Source: Phycisphaerales bacterium
GTDB lineage: Bacteria; Planctomycetota; Phycisphaerae; Phycisphaerales; UBA1924
DNA: 61,994 nt
Direction: 5' to 3'
Assembly (NCBI GenBank): GCA_046153875.1
Contig: JBJXFE010000046.1
Location: 1 to 61,994 of the forward strand
The first letter of the stretch is position 1; every line of letters starts with the position of its first letter. This document shows, one piece after another, positions 1 through 13,044 of the stretch. The translations under genes and the position numbers were made by a program. Under the pieces are notes generated by a model that saw only the letters and a list, made by a program, of their open reading frames with translations, was not told where the DNA came from and ran no database searches.

Positions 1-243
1 GTGTCGCTGATGGACAACTCCTGCAGCGTGCGGGTCAGCGGCGACTGCAACCGCGGATGGCAGCCCAACTCGCCGACGAGCGCCGCCGCGTCCAACTGCG
101 TCTACACGCCGGACGCGTGGGAGCCCCCGACACCGACTGGGATTCCGGAGAACATCCCCTACGGGTACTACCGCTGGACGCGCGGATTCAACGTCGGCGT
201 GGACTACCGGGGCACCGAGATCAACACCGGGCAGCTGCCGTAA
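1..243 (+). CDS. 3-prime end of a hypothetical protein whose gene starts upstream of the window (Cys/Trp/Tyr-rich, probably secreted)
   Basis: Open frame from position 1 to TAA at 241-243. Third-codon position is almost exclusively G/C (ctg, gac, tcc, agc, gtg ...), as in the genuine genes of this window. No homology recognised from memory. Confidence 0.5.
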   Translation: MSLMDNSCSVRVSGDCNRGWQPNSPTSAAASNCVYTPDAWEPPTPTGIPENIPYGYYRWTRGFNVGVDYRGTEINTGQLP

Positions 244-375
244 CACCCGTTTACGATCGGATGCATCCCCTACACGCCCCGGCCCGTCGCCGGGGCGTTT
301 TTCATGCGCCGCCGCGCGCGCGGTCGCGGCATACGATCCCGCGCCGTGGTCGGGCGACCCCTCGGGAGACGCCGC

Positions 376-1425
376 GTGAAGGTGCTCATCGCGGACAAGT
401 TTGAGAAGGCGGGCATCGACGGGCTCAAGGCCCTTGGGTGCGCCGTGCTGAACGAGCCAGGCGCCGGGGCCGACGGTCTTGGGGCCGCGCTGGCGGCGCA
501 CACTCCCGACGCCCTCGTGGTGCGATCGTCGAAGGTGCCCGCGGCGGCGATCGCGGGCGCGCGGGGCCTGAAGCTGATCGTGCGTGCCGGCTCGGGTGTG
601 GACAACGTCGACGTGCCCGCAGCGACGGCCGCGGGCATCGCGGTCTGCAACTGCCCGGGGATGAACGCGGTGGCCGTAGCCGAGTTGACCATCGGGCTGC
701 TGCTGTGCTGCGACCGGAGGATCCCGGACCAGACGATCGACGCCCGCGCGGGCCGCTGGAACAAGAAGGAGTACGCGAAGGCCCGGGGGCTCAAGGGGCT
801 CACCCTCGGCGTCATCGGCGTGGGCGCGATCGGACGCGCGGTCATCAAGCGGGCCGTCGCGTTCGAGATGCGGGTGTTGGCGTGGTCGCGCGGGATCACC
901 CGCGAGCACGCCCACGACCTCGGGGCCGAGTGGGGCGGGACGGACACGCCGGCGCTCCACGCCCTGGCCGCGAAGTGCGACGCGATCACCGTCCACCTGC
1001 CCGCGACGGACAGCACGAAGAAGCTCATCGGGCGCGAGTTCCTCGCGGCCATGAAGCCCGGGGCGTACCTGGTCAACACGTCGCGCGGCAGCCTGGTGGA
1101 CGAGGCCGCGCTCCGCGAAGCGATCACCGCCAAGGGCATCCGCGCGGCGCTGGACGTCTACGAGGCGCAGCCCGCCGCCACCGAGGGCCCGTGGGACTGC
1201 CCCACCGCGAAGCTGCCCTGGACCGTCTGCACGCACCACGCGGGCGCGAGCACGGACCAGGCTCAAGCGGCGGTCGCGGACGAGGTGGTGCGGATCGTGC
1301 GGGTCTTCCGCGACACGGGGCGGGCCGAAAACTGCGTGAACGAGGCGGACCTGGGCGGCGCCAAGGGCACGTCCGGCGGGGTCAGCGTGGTGCGGGGAGT
1401 TCCCGCGGGAGCGAGGGCGACATGA
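376..1425 (+). CDS. serA: D-isomer-specific 2-hydroxyacid dehydrogenase, probably short-form D-3-phosphoglycerate dehydrogenase
   Basis: Rossmann motif GVIGVGAIGRAV; catalytic region LVNTSRGSLVDEAAL and HHAGAST. GTG start at 376 lies 8 nt downstream of a GGGAGAC RBS. Stop overlaps the serC start (ATGA at 1422-1425). ACT domain absent. Confidence 0.8.
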   Translation: MKVLIADKFEKAGIDGLKALGCAVLNEPGAGADGLGAALAAHTPDALVVRSSKVPAAAIAGARGLKLIVRAGSGVDNVDVPAATAAGIAVCNCPGMNAVAVAELTIGLLLCCDRRIPDQTIDARAGRWNKKEYAKARGLKGLTLGVIGVGAIGRAVIKRAVAFEMRVLAWSRGITREHAHDLGAEWGGTDTPALHALAAKCDAITVHLPATDSTKKLIGREFLAAMKPGAYLVNTSRGSLVDEAALREAITAKGIRAALDVYEAQPAATEGPWDCPTAKLPWTVCTHHAGASTDQAQAAVADEVVRIVRVFRDTGRAENCVNEADLGGAKGTSGGVSVVRGVPAGARAT

Positions 1426-2570
1426 CGACGATGCAGAGCAAGCCGGCCGGCGCGAAGCCCGCCGCGACGGCCTCGGACCGGGTGTTCAACTTCTCGGCCG
1501 GGCCGGGCGTGCTGCCCGACGAGGTGATCCGCCAGTCGCAGGCCGACCTGTGGAACTGCGGCTCCAGCGGCATCGGGATCATGGAGCTTTCCCACCGGGG
1601 CAAGGTGGTGGACCGGATCTTCGAGGAGGCCGAGGCCGACTGCCGCAAGGTCGGGAGCATCCCGGCCAACTACAAGGTCCTGTTCATGACCGGCGGGTCG
1701 AGCGCGCAGAACTTCGTCGTGCCGATGAACCTGCTGCCGAAGGACCGCACGGCGGACTACGTCGTAACCGGATACTGGGCGCAGAAAACGTTCGAGGCCG
1801 CGGCCCGGTCGGGCGGTGCATGGGGCAAGGTCCACCTGGCCGGGACGAGCAAGGACACGAACCACTCGTATATCCCCACCCAGGCGCAGCTCAAGTTCTC
1901 CGACAACCCGGCCTATCTGTACTACTGCGCGAACAACACGATCTACGGCACGGAGTGGCACTACGTGCCCCAGTCGCCGAACGGCGCCCCGCTGATCGTG
2001 GACATGTGCAGCAACATCTTCAGCAAGCCGATCGACGTGACCCGCTACGGCCTCATCCACGCGTCGGCGCAGAAGAACCTCGGGCCCGCGGGGGTGACGC
2101 TCGTGATCGTCCGCGACGACCTCGTCGAGAAGGGGAACAAGGACATCCCCGACCTGCTCCAATACCGGACCTATCCGGGCGAGATCTCGCGACCCAACAC
2201 GCCGCCGGTGTTCGCGGTGTACGTGATGGGCCTGATGTTCAAGTGGATCCTCAAGCAGGGCGGGCTGGAGGCGATCGGCCGACGCAACCAGGCGAAGGCG
2301 AAGATTCTCTACGACGTGCTCGACGCGTCGCGGTTCTACAAGGCCCACGCCCGCCCCGACAGCCGTTCGCAGATGAACGTTGTCTTCCGCTGCCCGACCG
2401 AATCCCTCGACGACCAGTTCTGCAAGGACGCGCAGAAGGCCGGGCTCGATACGCTCAAGGGGCACCGGGCGACGGGTGGCGTGCGGGCGAGCATCTACAA
2501 CGCGATGCCCGACGCGGGATGCCGGGCGCTGGCGGACTTCATGCGGGAGTTCGAGCGGACGCGCGGGTGA
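1422..2570 (+). CDS. serC: phosphoserine aminotransferase
   Basis: MTTMQSK...FNFSAGPGVLPDEV...GGSSAQN...NNTIYGTEW... are typical SerC class-V aminotransferase motifs. Start codon overlaps the serA stop. The 710-aa ORF given in the track is a spurious 5-prime extension across serA in another frame. Confidence 0.9.
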   Translation: MTTMQSKPAGAKPAATASDRVFNFSAGPGVLPDEVIRQSQADLWNCGSSGIGIMELSHRGKVVDRIFEEAEADCRKVGSIPANYKVLFMTGGSSAQNFVVPMNLLPKDRTADYVVTGYWAQKTFEAAARSGGAWGKVHLAGTSKDTNHSYIPTQAQLKFSDNPAYLYYCANNTIYGTEWHYVPQSPNGAPLIVDMCSNIFSKPIDVTRYGLIHASAQKNLGPAGVTLVIVRDDLVEKGNKDIPDLLQYRTYPGEISRPNTPPVFAVYVMGLMFKWILKQGGLEAIGRRNQAKAKILYDVLDASRFYKAHARPDSRSQMNVVFRCPTESLDDQFCKDAQKAGLDTLKGHRATGGVRASIYNAMPDAGCRALADFMREFERTRG

Positions 2571-2585
2571 CCGGCGATCGCACGG

Positions 2586-4361
2586 TCATCCGCCGGCGTC
2601 TCCCGTGAACACTGTCTCGCCGCCGATCACGGTCATCAGCACGCGCGTGCCCGGGATGTCCTTTTCGTCGCAGGTCATCACGTCGCGGTCGATGACGACA
2701 AAGTCGGCGTACTTGCCCGGTGCGAGCGAGCCCTTCCTGTCCTCCTCGAACGCGGCGTAGGCCGCGTCGAGCGTGAAGGCCCGCAGCGCCTCGTCGCGCG
2801 TTATTCGCTCCTGCGGCATCCACCCACCCACGGGCTCGCCGTCGGTGTTCTGGCGGGTGACGGCCGCGTAGAACCCCAGGAACGGATTGTGGCTCTCGAC
2901 CGGGAAGTCGCTGCCCGCGGCGATGCGGACCCCCGCCCGCAGCAAGCTTGCCCACGCGTAGGCACCCTTCGCCCGCACCCCGCCCACGCGGGCTTCTACC
3001 CATCGCATGTCGCTGGTGCAGTGCGTGGGCTGCATGGAAGCGATGACGTTCAGCGGCGCGAACCGCGTGATGTCCCGTGGTGAAAGGAGCTGCGCGTGCT
3101 CGATGCGGAACCGGGGCAGACCGTTCAGGATTCGCCTGCGTCCTTCCTCGTCGACGAACTGACCCTGCGCGCGACGCGCTTCGATCTCACGATGCGCCTC
3201 CAAGAATGACAGGTCCGGCAAGCGGGCGCGATTCGCTCGCTCGTACGCGTTCAACACTGTACGACTCCCACGATCTCCGATCGCGTGAGTGCAGACCTGG
3301 TAACCACGTTTCAGCGCGTGCTTCACTACGGCATCGATGAACGCCGTCTCGGCAACTGCCAGCCCCCTGTACGGCAGCCCGTCCGGGCCGGTCGGCCTGT
3401 CAGCGTAGGGCTCGAGCAGCCACGCCCCGCGCGAGCCCATCGCACCGTCGATGTACAGCTTGGCCGCGCGGCACGTGAACCGCTCGCCGATGATCGGCTC
3501 GTGTGCCTCGAACCACTTCATCGCGTGCGGCCCCGAGACCATCGCGTACACGCGCAGCTTGAGTCGCCCGGACTCGGCGAGGCGCTCGTAGAGTTCGACC
3601 ACCGCCGGGTGAATGCCCGCATCGTGGACGCCCGTCAGCCCGGCCGCGAGGCAGAGTTCCTGAGCCTTGAGGATCATGTCCTGGGTGTTCCCGCGTGCCG
3701 ACGCCGGAACAGCGTTGTCGATCAGGTCCTCGGCCACGTCCACGAAGACGCCGGTCGGCTCGCCCGCGCCGTCGCGCATGACCTCGCCCCCGGCAGGGTC
3801 GGGCGTGTCCTTCGTCACCCCGGCAGCCTCCATCGCCTTGCGGTTGCCCACGGCCGCGTGACCGTCCACGCGACGAAGCCAGACCGGGTTGTCCGGCGCC
3901 GCGCGTGAAAGGTCGTGGTGCGTGGGCAACTCGCGGCTGGGCCACGACTCGTGGTCCCACCCGCGCCCGAGGATCCACTCGCCGGGCTTTGCGGCCTTGA
4001 CGCGCGCGACGACGGCCGCGACGACCTCGTCGTAGCTCTTGGTGAGCGTCAGGTCGAGCATTCCCATCCGCAGCGCGCCGAGGTTGGCCATGTGCCCGTG
4101 GGCGTCGATCAGGCCCGGCAGGACGGTGCGGCCCTTGAGGTCTATCACCGTGACACCGGGGTCGGCCATCGCTCGGATGTCCGCGTCCAATCCCACGGCG
4201 ATGATGTGGTCACCGACGACGGCCATCGCCGCGGCACGGGGGCGGTTCGGGTCCATCGTGTAGATGTTGGCGTTGACGTAGACCGTGGCAGCGGGCTGGG
4301 CGACGGCGGGTGCAACCGCAAGTGCGAAAACAAACGAAGCGAGACACTGCGCGAGGAACAT
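2586..4361 (-). CDS. secreted metal-dependent amidohydrolase (Amidohydro_3-like)
   Basis: N-terminal signal peptide MFLAQCLASFVFALAVAPAVAQP. Metal-binding GLIDAHGHM near the N-terminus and AAGSDFPVE near the C-terminus. Converges on serC with a 16-bp spacer. Confidence 0.8.
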   Translation of the reverse strand: MFLAQCLASFVFALAVAPAVAQPAATVYVNANIYTMDPNRPRAAAMAVVGDHIIAVGLDADIRAMADPGVTVIDLKGRTVLPGLIDAHGHMANLGALRMGMLDLTLTKSYDEVVAAVVARVKAAKPGEWILGRGWDHESWPSRELPTHHDLSRAAPDNPVWLRRVDGHAAVGNRKAMEAAGVTKDTPDPAGGEVMRDGAGEPTGVFVDVAEDLIDNAVPASARGNTQDMILKAQELCLAAGLTGVHDAGIHPAVVELYERLAESGRLKLRVYAMVSGPHAMKWFEAHEPIIGERFTCRAAKLYIDGAMGSRGAWLLEPYADRPTGPDGLPYRGLAVAETAFIDAVVKHALKRGYQVCTHAIGDRGSRTVLNAYERANRARLPDLSFLEAHREIEARRAQGQFVDEEGRRRILNGLPRFRIEHAQLLSPRDITRFAPLNVIASMQPTHCTSDMRWVEARVGGVRAKGAYAWASLLRAGVRIAAGSDFPVESHNPFLGFYAAVTRQNTDGEPVGGWMPQERITRDEALRAFTLDAAYAAFEEDRKGSLAPGKYADFVVIDRDVMTCDEKDIPGTRVLMTVIGGETVFTGDAGG

Positions 4362-4408
4362 CGGGCACCTCCCCGGTCCAGCGTACCACAGCGCCGCGAG
4401 AGTCGGGC

Positions 4409-7426
<3,018 letters not shown>

Positions 7427-7461
7427 GAGATTGAGTGGAGTGAAGGAAAACCGAACTCGTG

Positions 7462-8700
7462 CTATCGAGCCGGCGCGGACGCGGCGCGATGAAGCTCTCG
7501 AATGCGATCGGAGTACGCCGCGGAGGCTTCCGTCTGCCGCCGCCCCATCATCGCCCGGGCCGTCTCCATGAACCGGTCGAGCCGCCAAACCGAGTCGCCC
7601 CCGTCCGTCCGCCACGCGAAGGGCGCGACGCACCCGCTCGTGAACCCGGTGGTCGCGAGCATCGCCCCGGTGTGGATGACCGCGCCGGTCATGATCCGCG
7701 TGCCGATCGCGGCTTTGGCGTGATCACCGATGATCGCGCCCAGGAACGTTTCGCCGGTGGGTACCTCCGGCCCGCCGGGGGTTGCGCGGGCCTTCACCTC
7801 CCCATAGGTGTTGAGCAGGTTCGAGTTGTTCGTACCCGCGCCGAGGTTTACCCACTCGCCGACCCACGAGTCGCCGAGGTACCCGTCGTGGGACTTGTTC
7901 GAGAAGCCCTGGAAGATCGTGCCCGCGACCTCGCCGCCGACCTTGCACCACGGTCCGACGGCGGTGTTGGGGCGCATCACCGCCCGGTCGGCGATCGTCG
8001 AGTGCTCACCGATGAAGCACGGACCGACCAGCACCGCGCCGGGCCGGATCACCGCATGAGCCGCGACCACGATCGGCCCTTTCTCGAGATCGAGCGTCGC
8101 GCACGGGCAGACGCGGGCGGCGGGATCGATCCGCAGCGGGTGCGCACCGAAGACCACGACGCCGGGCGGGTGCGCCGAGGGCGGACCGGCCGCGAGCCGG
8201 GCGAGGTCGTGCGCCAGAGCGCGATCGCGGAATGTCCGCCAGTGCCACGGGCGTGAGAGCAAGTGCCCGCCGTCGAGGGTCCCGGTCACCACGTCCCGGA
8301 TGACCCCTGATGCACCGCGCGCCAGCGAAGAAGCGTGCGACCCGGGGATGTTGCCCGCGATCAGGTGCCCCGTTCCCGCTTCGAGGATCGCGGCCCGCGC
8401 CACGAGGCTCGGCGCCAGCGTGATCCCCAGCGGCGCACGCCCGTTCAGCGCGAGCACCGCCGGGTGGCCCGAGAGGTCGGGATTCACGGGCATCGTATGG
8501 CGCTCACGGGTGGTCGCGGCGAGCGGTTGCGGCACCACCAGCGCCCCGTCCGTTCCCAACTCGGCGACAATGCGCTCCAACGTCGTGCAGGCGCCCGTGC
8601 GCACGTCGAAGCTCGCCCGCAGGTCCGTGAGCGGCGCGAGCGAGCCGAGACCATCGTCAAAGACAAGGTATCGCGGCATCGGCGAAGTGTAGTGGAGCAC
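7462..8700 (-). CDS. hexapeptide-repeat (left-handed beta-helix) protein, GlmU-like acyl/nucleotidyl-transferase homolog
   Basis: C-terminal half is imperfect hexapeptide repeats (IRPGAVLVGPCFIGEHSTIADRAVMRPNTAVGPWCKVGGEVAGTIF...VNLGAGTNNSNL). Lies between mreD and polA on the same strand. Alternative start at M8 (8679). Confidence 0.6.
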   Translation of the reverse strand: MLHYTSPMPRYLVFDDGLGSLAPLTDLRASFDVRTGACTTLERIVAELGTDGALVVPQPLAATTRERHTMPVNPDLSGHPAVLALNGRAPLGITLAPSLVARAAILEAGTGHLIAGNIPGSHASSLARGASGVIRDVVTGTLDGGHLLSRPWHWRTFRDRALAHDLARLAAGPPSAHPPGVVVFGAHPLRIDPAARVCPCATLDLEKGPIVVAAHAVIRPGAVLVGPCFIGEHSTIADRAVMRPNTAVGPWCKVGGEVAGTIFQGFSNKSHDGYLGDSWVGEWVNLGAGTNNSNLLNTYGEVKARATPGGPEVPTGETFLGAIIGDHAKAAIGTRIMTGAVIHTGAMLATTGFTSGCVAPFAWRTDGGDSVWRLDRFMETARAMMGRRQTEASAAYSDRIRELHRAASAPAR

Positions 8701-8730
8701 CGACCGATCCGGGCCGCCGCGGGCGCCAGC

Positions 8731-9315
8731 CTATCGGCGCTCGTACGCCCGCCGCGGCATCCCACGCGGCCCCAGCGTGAACCCGAACACCGGAGCCAGC
8801 CTCAGCAGCACGAACCCCATGACCAGCGCGACGACGCCGGTGTAGATCGACGCGCCCATCCGCCCGAGCAGCTCCGTCCACGTGCTCCAGACGACGATGT
8901 CGCCCAGCGCATCGCGGATCGCAAAGACCGCGACGATCGTGACGCCGGAGATGAGCGAGGCCGCGACGGCCAGTGCGGCCAGGGCCAACGGGTTACGGCG
9001 GATCATCATCGATCGCATCGCCAGCACAAACTGCCCCGCGACCAGGTACCCGAGAGCGTGGGGGCCCAGAACCGTGAGGGTATCGCTCAGGGTCGACGCC
9101 GGCCAGCGCCACGTGAGGTCCAGCAGCAGCCCGAGCACCAGACACGCCCACACGGCGTGATTGGCGGCCGCGCCCATCGCCACAAACACCGCGAGCGGCA
9201 GCAGAAAGCTGGGCTGGATCGTCACCGTGCGGACGTGCCAGGCGAGCTGCGGCGCCAGCCCGAGCTCCAGGCCCAGGGCAAGCCACGCGCCCACGGCGAA
9301 GGGCAGCCACCTCAC
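8731..9315 (-). CDS. mreD: rod shape-determining protein MreD (polytopic membrane protein)
   Basis: ~190-aa protein with 5 predicted TM helices immediately after mreC. Start overlaps the mreC stop (ATGA). Synteny mreB-mreC-mreD. Confidence 0.6.
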   Translation of the reverse strand: MRWLPFAVGAWLALGLELGLAPQLAWHVRTVTIQPSFLLPLAVFVAMGAAANHAVWACLVLGLLLDLTWRWPASTLSDTLTVLGPHALGYLVAGQFVLAMRSMMIRRNPLALAALAVAASLISGVTIVAVFAIRDALGDIVVWSTWTELLGRMGASIYTGVVALVMGFVLLRLAPVFGFTLGPRGMPRRAYERR

Positions 9316-10226
9316 GGCACGCCTCCGGGGCCGGGGGCCGGGGCTTCCTCGACCGGGATGCGCAGCACGACCTCGGTGAGGCGATCGAGCGAGTGGATCG
9401 TGGGCTCAACGACGACGATCGGGCGGAGCGGGGCCGAGCCGAGCGTCTGGATTTCCCGGACACGCCCGAGCACGAGCATCCGTGAGGTGGAGGGCCAGGT
9501 CTTGTCGGCCAGGTACACGACCTGCCCCACGGCGAGGGGTTTCGCGGCCGCCGCGCCCTCGCCGGACTTGTACTGCACCTGCCCGCGGAGCGTGCCGTCC
9601 CCCTTCGCGAAGAGCTGGCACAGGACGGAACGGTTCTCTCCCGCTTCGGGTGAGTCGTCGAGGATGATCGATCCGTCAATGGGGATCGGGGGTTTGCCGC
9701 GCTGCGTGATGAGCACGAGAACGCAGGAGCGGGCCGAGACCTGCTCGACACGGCCCACGACCTGCACGTTGTCCACGACGGCCACGGTGCCCTTCGTGAC
9801 GCCGTCGTTCGATCCGGCGTTCAGACGCAGCAGGTGCGACCCCGGGGGCCCCGCGGACCCGATAACGGCGGCCCGGGGCAGGCGGACGCCGGGCTCGGGG
9901 GTGAGCGCGCCGGCTTCGTAGATCACGAGACGGCGCTGCATCTCCGCGTAGCGCTCGTTCATCCGCTCGAACAACGATCGCCACAGGTCGCGGTCGGCTT
10001 CGAGCGTGCGGCGCTCGGCGTCGTTCATCGCGCGCGCGGGCCCGAGCGCCGCCGCCCCGAACCAGTGCGTCGCCCGCTGAACGGGCGAGACGACCATGCG
10101 CGGCAGGGCGCCCAGCGGCGCGACCAGCCCGCCGAGCCGGGCCGGCAGGAACGCGAGGATCACCAGCGCGATCACGCTCGCGGTCAAGAGGCGTTCGTGC
10201 GTGAGGAGGGAGCGTGAGCGGGACAT
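9312..10226 (-). CDS. mreC: rod shape-determining protein MreC
   Basis: N-terminal TM helix, coiled-coil segment (LEADRDLWRSLFERMNERYAEMQRR), then beta-rich C-terminal domains. Position directly downstream of mreB. Confidence 0.75.
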   Translation of the reverse strand: MSRSRSLLTHERLLTASVIALVILAFLPARLGGLVAPLGALPRMVVSPVQRATHWFGAAALGPARAMNDAERRTLEADRDLWRSLFERMNERYAEMQRRLVIYEAGALTPEPGVRLPRAAVIGSAGPPGSHLLRLNAGSNDGVTKGTVAVVDNVQVVGRVEQVSARSCVLVLITQRGKPPIPIDGSIILDDSPEAGENRSVLCQLFAKGDGTLRGQVQYKSGEGAAAAKPLAVGQVVYLADKTWPSTSRMLVLGRVREIQTLGSAPLRPIVVVEPTIHSLDRLTEVVLRIPVEEAPAPGPGGVP

Positions 10227-10411
10227 GGGCGTGGTGGAGGACGAGGCCGCGAACAGGGTGTCTGGTCTCGATTCTCAACGCGCGAATCGCAGAACTCAAG
10301 TCGGAACACAACCACGGCGGAGCACGGACGACGCGCGCCGCGTTGCCCCTGCGCACTCCGCTCCATCGTTCACGGTGCGCACGCCGGCCGAGCGTCGCGC
10401 GGGCCGACCGG

Positions 10412-11464
10412 TCAGGCTTCCTGGTCGTTCTCGAGCGTGGACTTCCAGTCCTCGATGTGCTCAAGGTAAATAGCGGTCCCCCGGGCGACGCACGTGAGCG
10501 GGTCGTCGGCGACGCGGACCTCGAGCCCCGTCGCCTTGGCCATGACCTGCGGCAGCCCGCGCAGGAGCGCCCCGCCGCCGGCGAGGGTGATGCCGTTCTC
10601 GACCAGGTCGGCCGCGAGCTCCGGCTCGGCACGCTCGAGCGTTCGGGTGACGGCCTCGATGATCGCGTTGACCGGCTCGGCGAGCGCCTCGCGGACCTCG
10701 CCGCTGCTCACCACGGTCTTGCGGGGGAGGCCCGAGATCATGTCGCGCCCGCGGACCTCGATCGCGTGGTCCTCCTCGACGGGGGCGGCCGACCCGGTCT
10801 CGATCTTGATCCGCTCGGCCGTCTGCTCGCCGACCATGAGGTTGTAGGTGCGGCGCATGTGGGCGATGATCGCCTCGTCCATGTCGTCGCCGGCGACGCG
10901 CACGCTTTCGCAGCTCGCGATGTCCGCCAGGGACATGATGGCCACCTCGGTCGTCCCGCCCCCGATGTCCACGATCATGCTCGCGGTGGCCTCGGCGAAC
11001 GGGAGCCCCGCGCCGATGGCCGCGGCGATCGGCTCCTCGAGCAGGTACGTGCGTCGCGCTCCCGCGCGCTCCGCGGAATCGAAGACCGCGCGCTTCTCGA
11101 CGGCCGTGATGCCCGAGGGGATCGACACGACGACGCGCGGCCCGACGATCGTGCGCCGGCCCGTCACCTTGCGGATGAAGTACCCGAGCATCGCCTCGGT
11201 GATCTCGAAATCGCTGATCACGCCGTCCTTGAGCGGGCGGATCGCGGTGATGGACCCCGGCGTCTTGCCGAGCATCTCCTTGGCGACCCACCCGACGGCC
11301 ATCCCGTTGTTGAGAACCTGGTTGGTCCCCTTGCGCACAGCGACGACGCTGGGCTCGTTCAGGACGATGCCCTGCCCGCGCACGGCCACCAGGGTGTTGC
11401 AGGTCCCCAGGTCGATGCCCATGTCGACGCTGAAGAGCCCGAGGAAACGGTCGAGCACCGCCAC
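10412..11464 (-). CDS. mreB: rod shape-determining protein MreB (actin homolog)
   Basis: FSVDMGIDLGTCNTLVAV, NEPSVVA and DIGGGTTEVA actin-fold phosphate motifs. GTG start at 11464 with a GGAAGGA RBS 7 nt upstream. The track ORF is extended 55 codons. Confidence 0.9.
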   Translation of the reverse strand: MAVLDRFLGLFSVDMGIDLGTCNTLVAVRGQGIVLNEPSVVAVRKGTNQVLNNGMAVGWVAKEMLGKTPGSITAIRPLKDGVISDFEITEAMLGYFIRKVTGRRTIVGPRVVVSIPSGITAVEKRAVFDSAERAGARRTYLLEEPIAAAIGAGLPFAEATASMIVDIGGGTTEVAIMSLADIASCESVRVAGDDMDEAIIAHMRRTYNLMVGEQTAERIKIETGSAAPVEEDHAIEVRGRDMISGLPRKTVVSSGEVREALAEPVNAIIEAVTRTLERAEPELAADLVENGITLAGGGALLRGLPQVMAKATGLEVRVADDPLTCVARGTAIYLEHIEDWKSTLENDQEA

Positions 11465-11800
11465 GTCAGTTCCTTCCCCGATCCATCGGGGGTCAAGGCG
11501 CCACAACCCACGATCCCGTGTGCAGACAGTATCGGATCGACGGAGTGTTTGCCAGTTGTCGGCAAGCGACAGGCGACGGAACGGGGCACGAAGCGGGCGG
11601 CGCGCCGGCGCCCGCTTCCGGTTCGCCAACGAAACCCGCCGGGTCCCTCGCGGGATGCCCGGCGGTTGCGGAGAGCGTCGGTTGAACGTGAGGGCCCGGG
11701 CTCTCGCCCGGGCCCGTCGAACCGTTCAGGGGAGGGGTGAGTGCGCCGGAGTTACCGCCCCGCACGCACCCGCTGCCCCACGGGTCTGGTTGTCGGAGCT

Positions 11801-12760
11801 TCAGCGTCCGCCGCGGCTGGCGATCGGGCCCGCCTCGGAGCCCGGTTCGGCCTGGACGTCCTCCGGGCCGATCTCGATCACCGTGCCCGTCTGAAGGGTC
11901 GGCTTGAAGACCTTCGGAGCGAAGAGGCCGGGGCTCCGCTCGGAGTCGATCTGGTCCTTGGCCTGGGATTCGTAGTCCGCCATGTCCGAGTTCTGGCCGA
12001 ACACGTCGAGCTGGGACTCCTGCCGGGCCCGGATGTCGGCCAGGCGGGCGGTGATCTGGTCGAGGCTGGCGGCCTGGTAGCGGCTGTGCTCGTCGATGGT
12101 CTGCTGGCGGTCCTTGAGCATGTCGATGAGCCGGTCGTTGCGGGCGATGGCGTCCACCTGCCGGTCGAGGTTCCAGAGTTGGGCCTGGAACTCGGCCCGC
12201 TCCTTCTGGAGCTTGTCGAGCAGCTTGGCCAGGCGGTCGCGCTGCTGGTTCAGGTAGCCCAGGTCACGCTCGATATCCGTCGCTTTGGAGTTGTAGGCCG
12301 AACAGACCTGAGCGATACGGTTGGCCTTGGCGTACGCCTGGTCGACGGCCAGGGAGTCGTCGCCGAAGCGGACCTTCACGACGGCGTAGGAGCCGCTCAG
12401 GCGGGTCTCCTCGGCCTTGGCGATCACGCTCTTGAGCTGCTGGACGTGCCCGTCGGTCATCATGACCACGCGCCGGCTCGTCTCGAGGTCGCGGTTGAGC
12501 TGTGTGATCTGCTCGCTGACCTCGGCCAGGTCGCCCTCGACCGCCGCGATGCGCTTGGGATACTGCCCCTCGAGGTCGCGGAGTTGCGACCGCAGCGCCA
12601 CAGGGTCCTTGATGTTCGAGTCGATGCACGTGTGGATCTTCGAGCGGGTCTGGTGGATGAACGCCCAGGTGCGGTGAGGGCCCGCCACAACCACGGCGGC
12701 CCCGCCCACCAGAGCGGTGATCACCCCGATGCGAACGACGTTCCTGCAAATCCCGGCCAT
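11801..12760 (-). CDS. membrane-anchored coiled-coil protein of unknown function, first gene of the mreBCD strand cluster
   Basis: ATG at 12760 preceded by GAGGAG. One N-terminal TM helix (ICRNVVRIGVITALVGGAAVVVAG), then ~250 aa of heptad-rich sequence (LRDLEGQYPKRIAAVEGDLAEVSEQITQLNRDLE...). High GC3. Confidence 0.5.
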   Translation of the reverse strand: MAGICRNVVRIGVITALVGGAAVVVAGPHRTWAFIHQTRSKIHTCIDSNIKDPVALRSQLRDLEGQYPKRIAAVEGDLAEVSEQITQLNRDLETSRRVVMMTDGHVQQLKSVIAKAEETRLSGSYAVVKVRFGDDSLAVDQAYAKANRIAQVCSAYNSKATDIERDLGYLNQQRDRLAKLLDKLQKERAEFQAQLWNLDRQVDAIARNDRLIDMLKDRQQTIDEHSRYQAASLDQITARLADIRARQESQLDVFGQNSDMADYESQAKDQIDSERSPGLFAPKVFKPTLQTGTVIEIGPEDVQAEPGSEAGPIASRGGR

Positions 12761-13044
12761 GGTGTGTACTCCTCGGGGCACCCGCGTTTCGTCGCGGCGT
12801 CCCGGGGGAAGTGGTTGGGGATCGAACGCGGCGGATTTCACTCCGATGAGGGCGAGAATCGCCCATCCTCGTTCCATTCGGCGCGGCCGCCGCGGCGCGT
12901 GGATCGGGAGTCCGTGTAACGTCCGGGAAGCAATGCCCGTATCCCCATGCGGGCGCGATAGGGCTGCGCAGGGGCGGGTCGTGGGGGTTTTCTTCGGGTG
13001 CGGGGTCGGTTGTCCGCTTTGGTCGTGGTATCCTCAAGGGCACG

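Noticed and set aside
438-2570. 710-aa ORF suggesting a long N-terminal extension of serC
   Set aside because: The first 328 codons run through serA in another frame and are Arg/Gly/Pro-rich noise. SerC homology begins at the ATG at 1422, which overlaps the serA stop.
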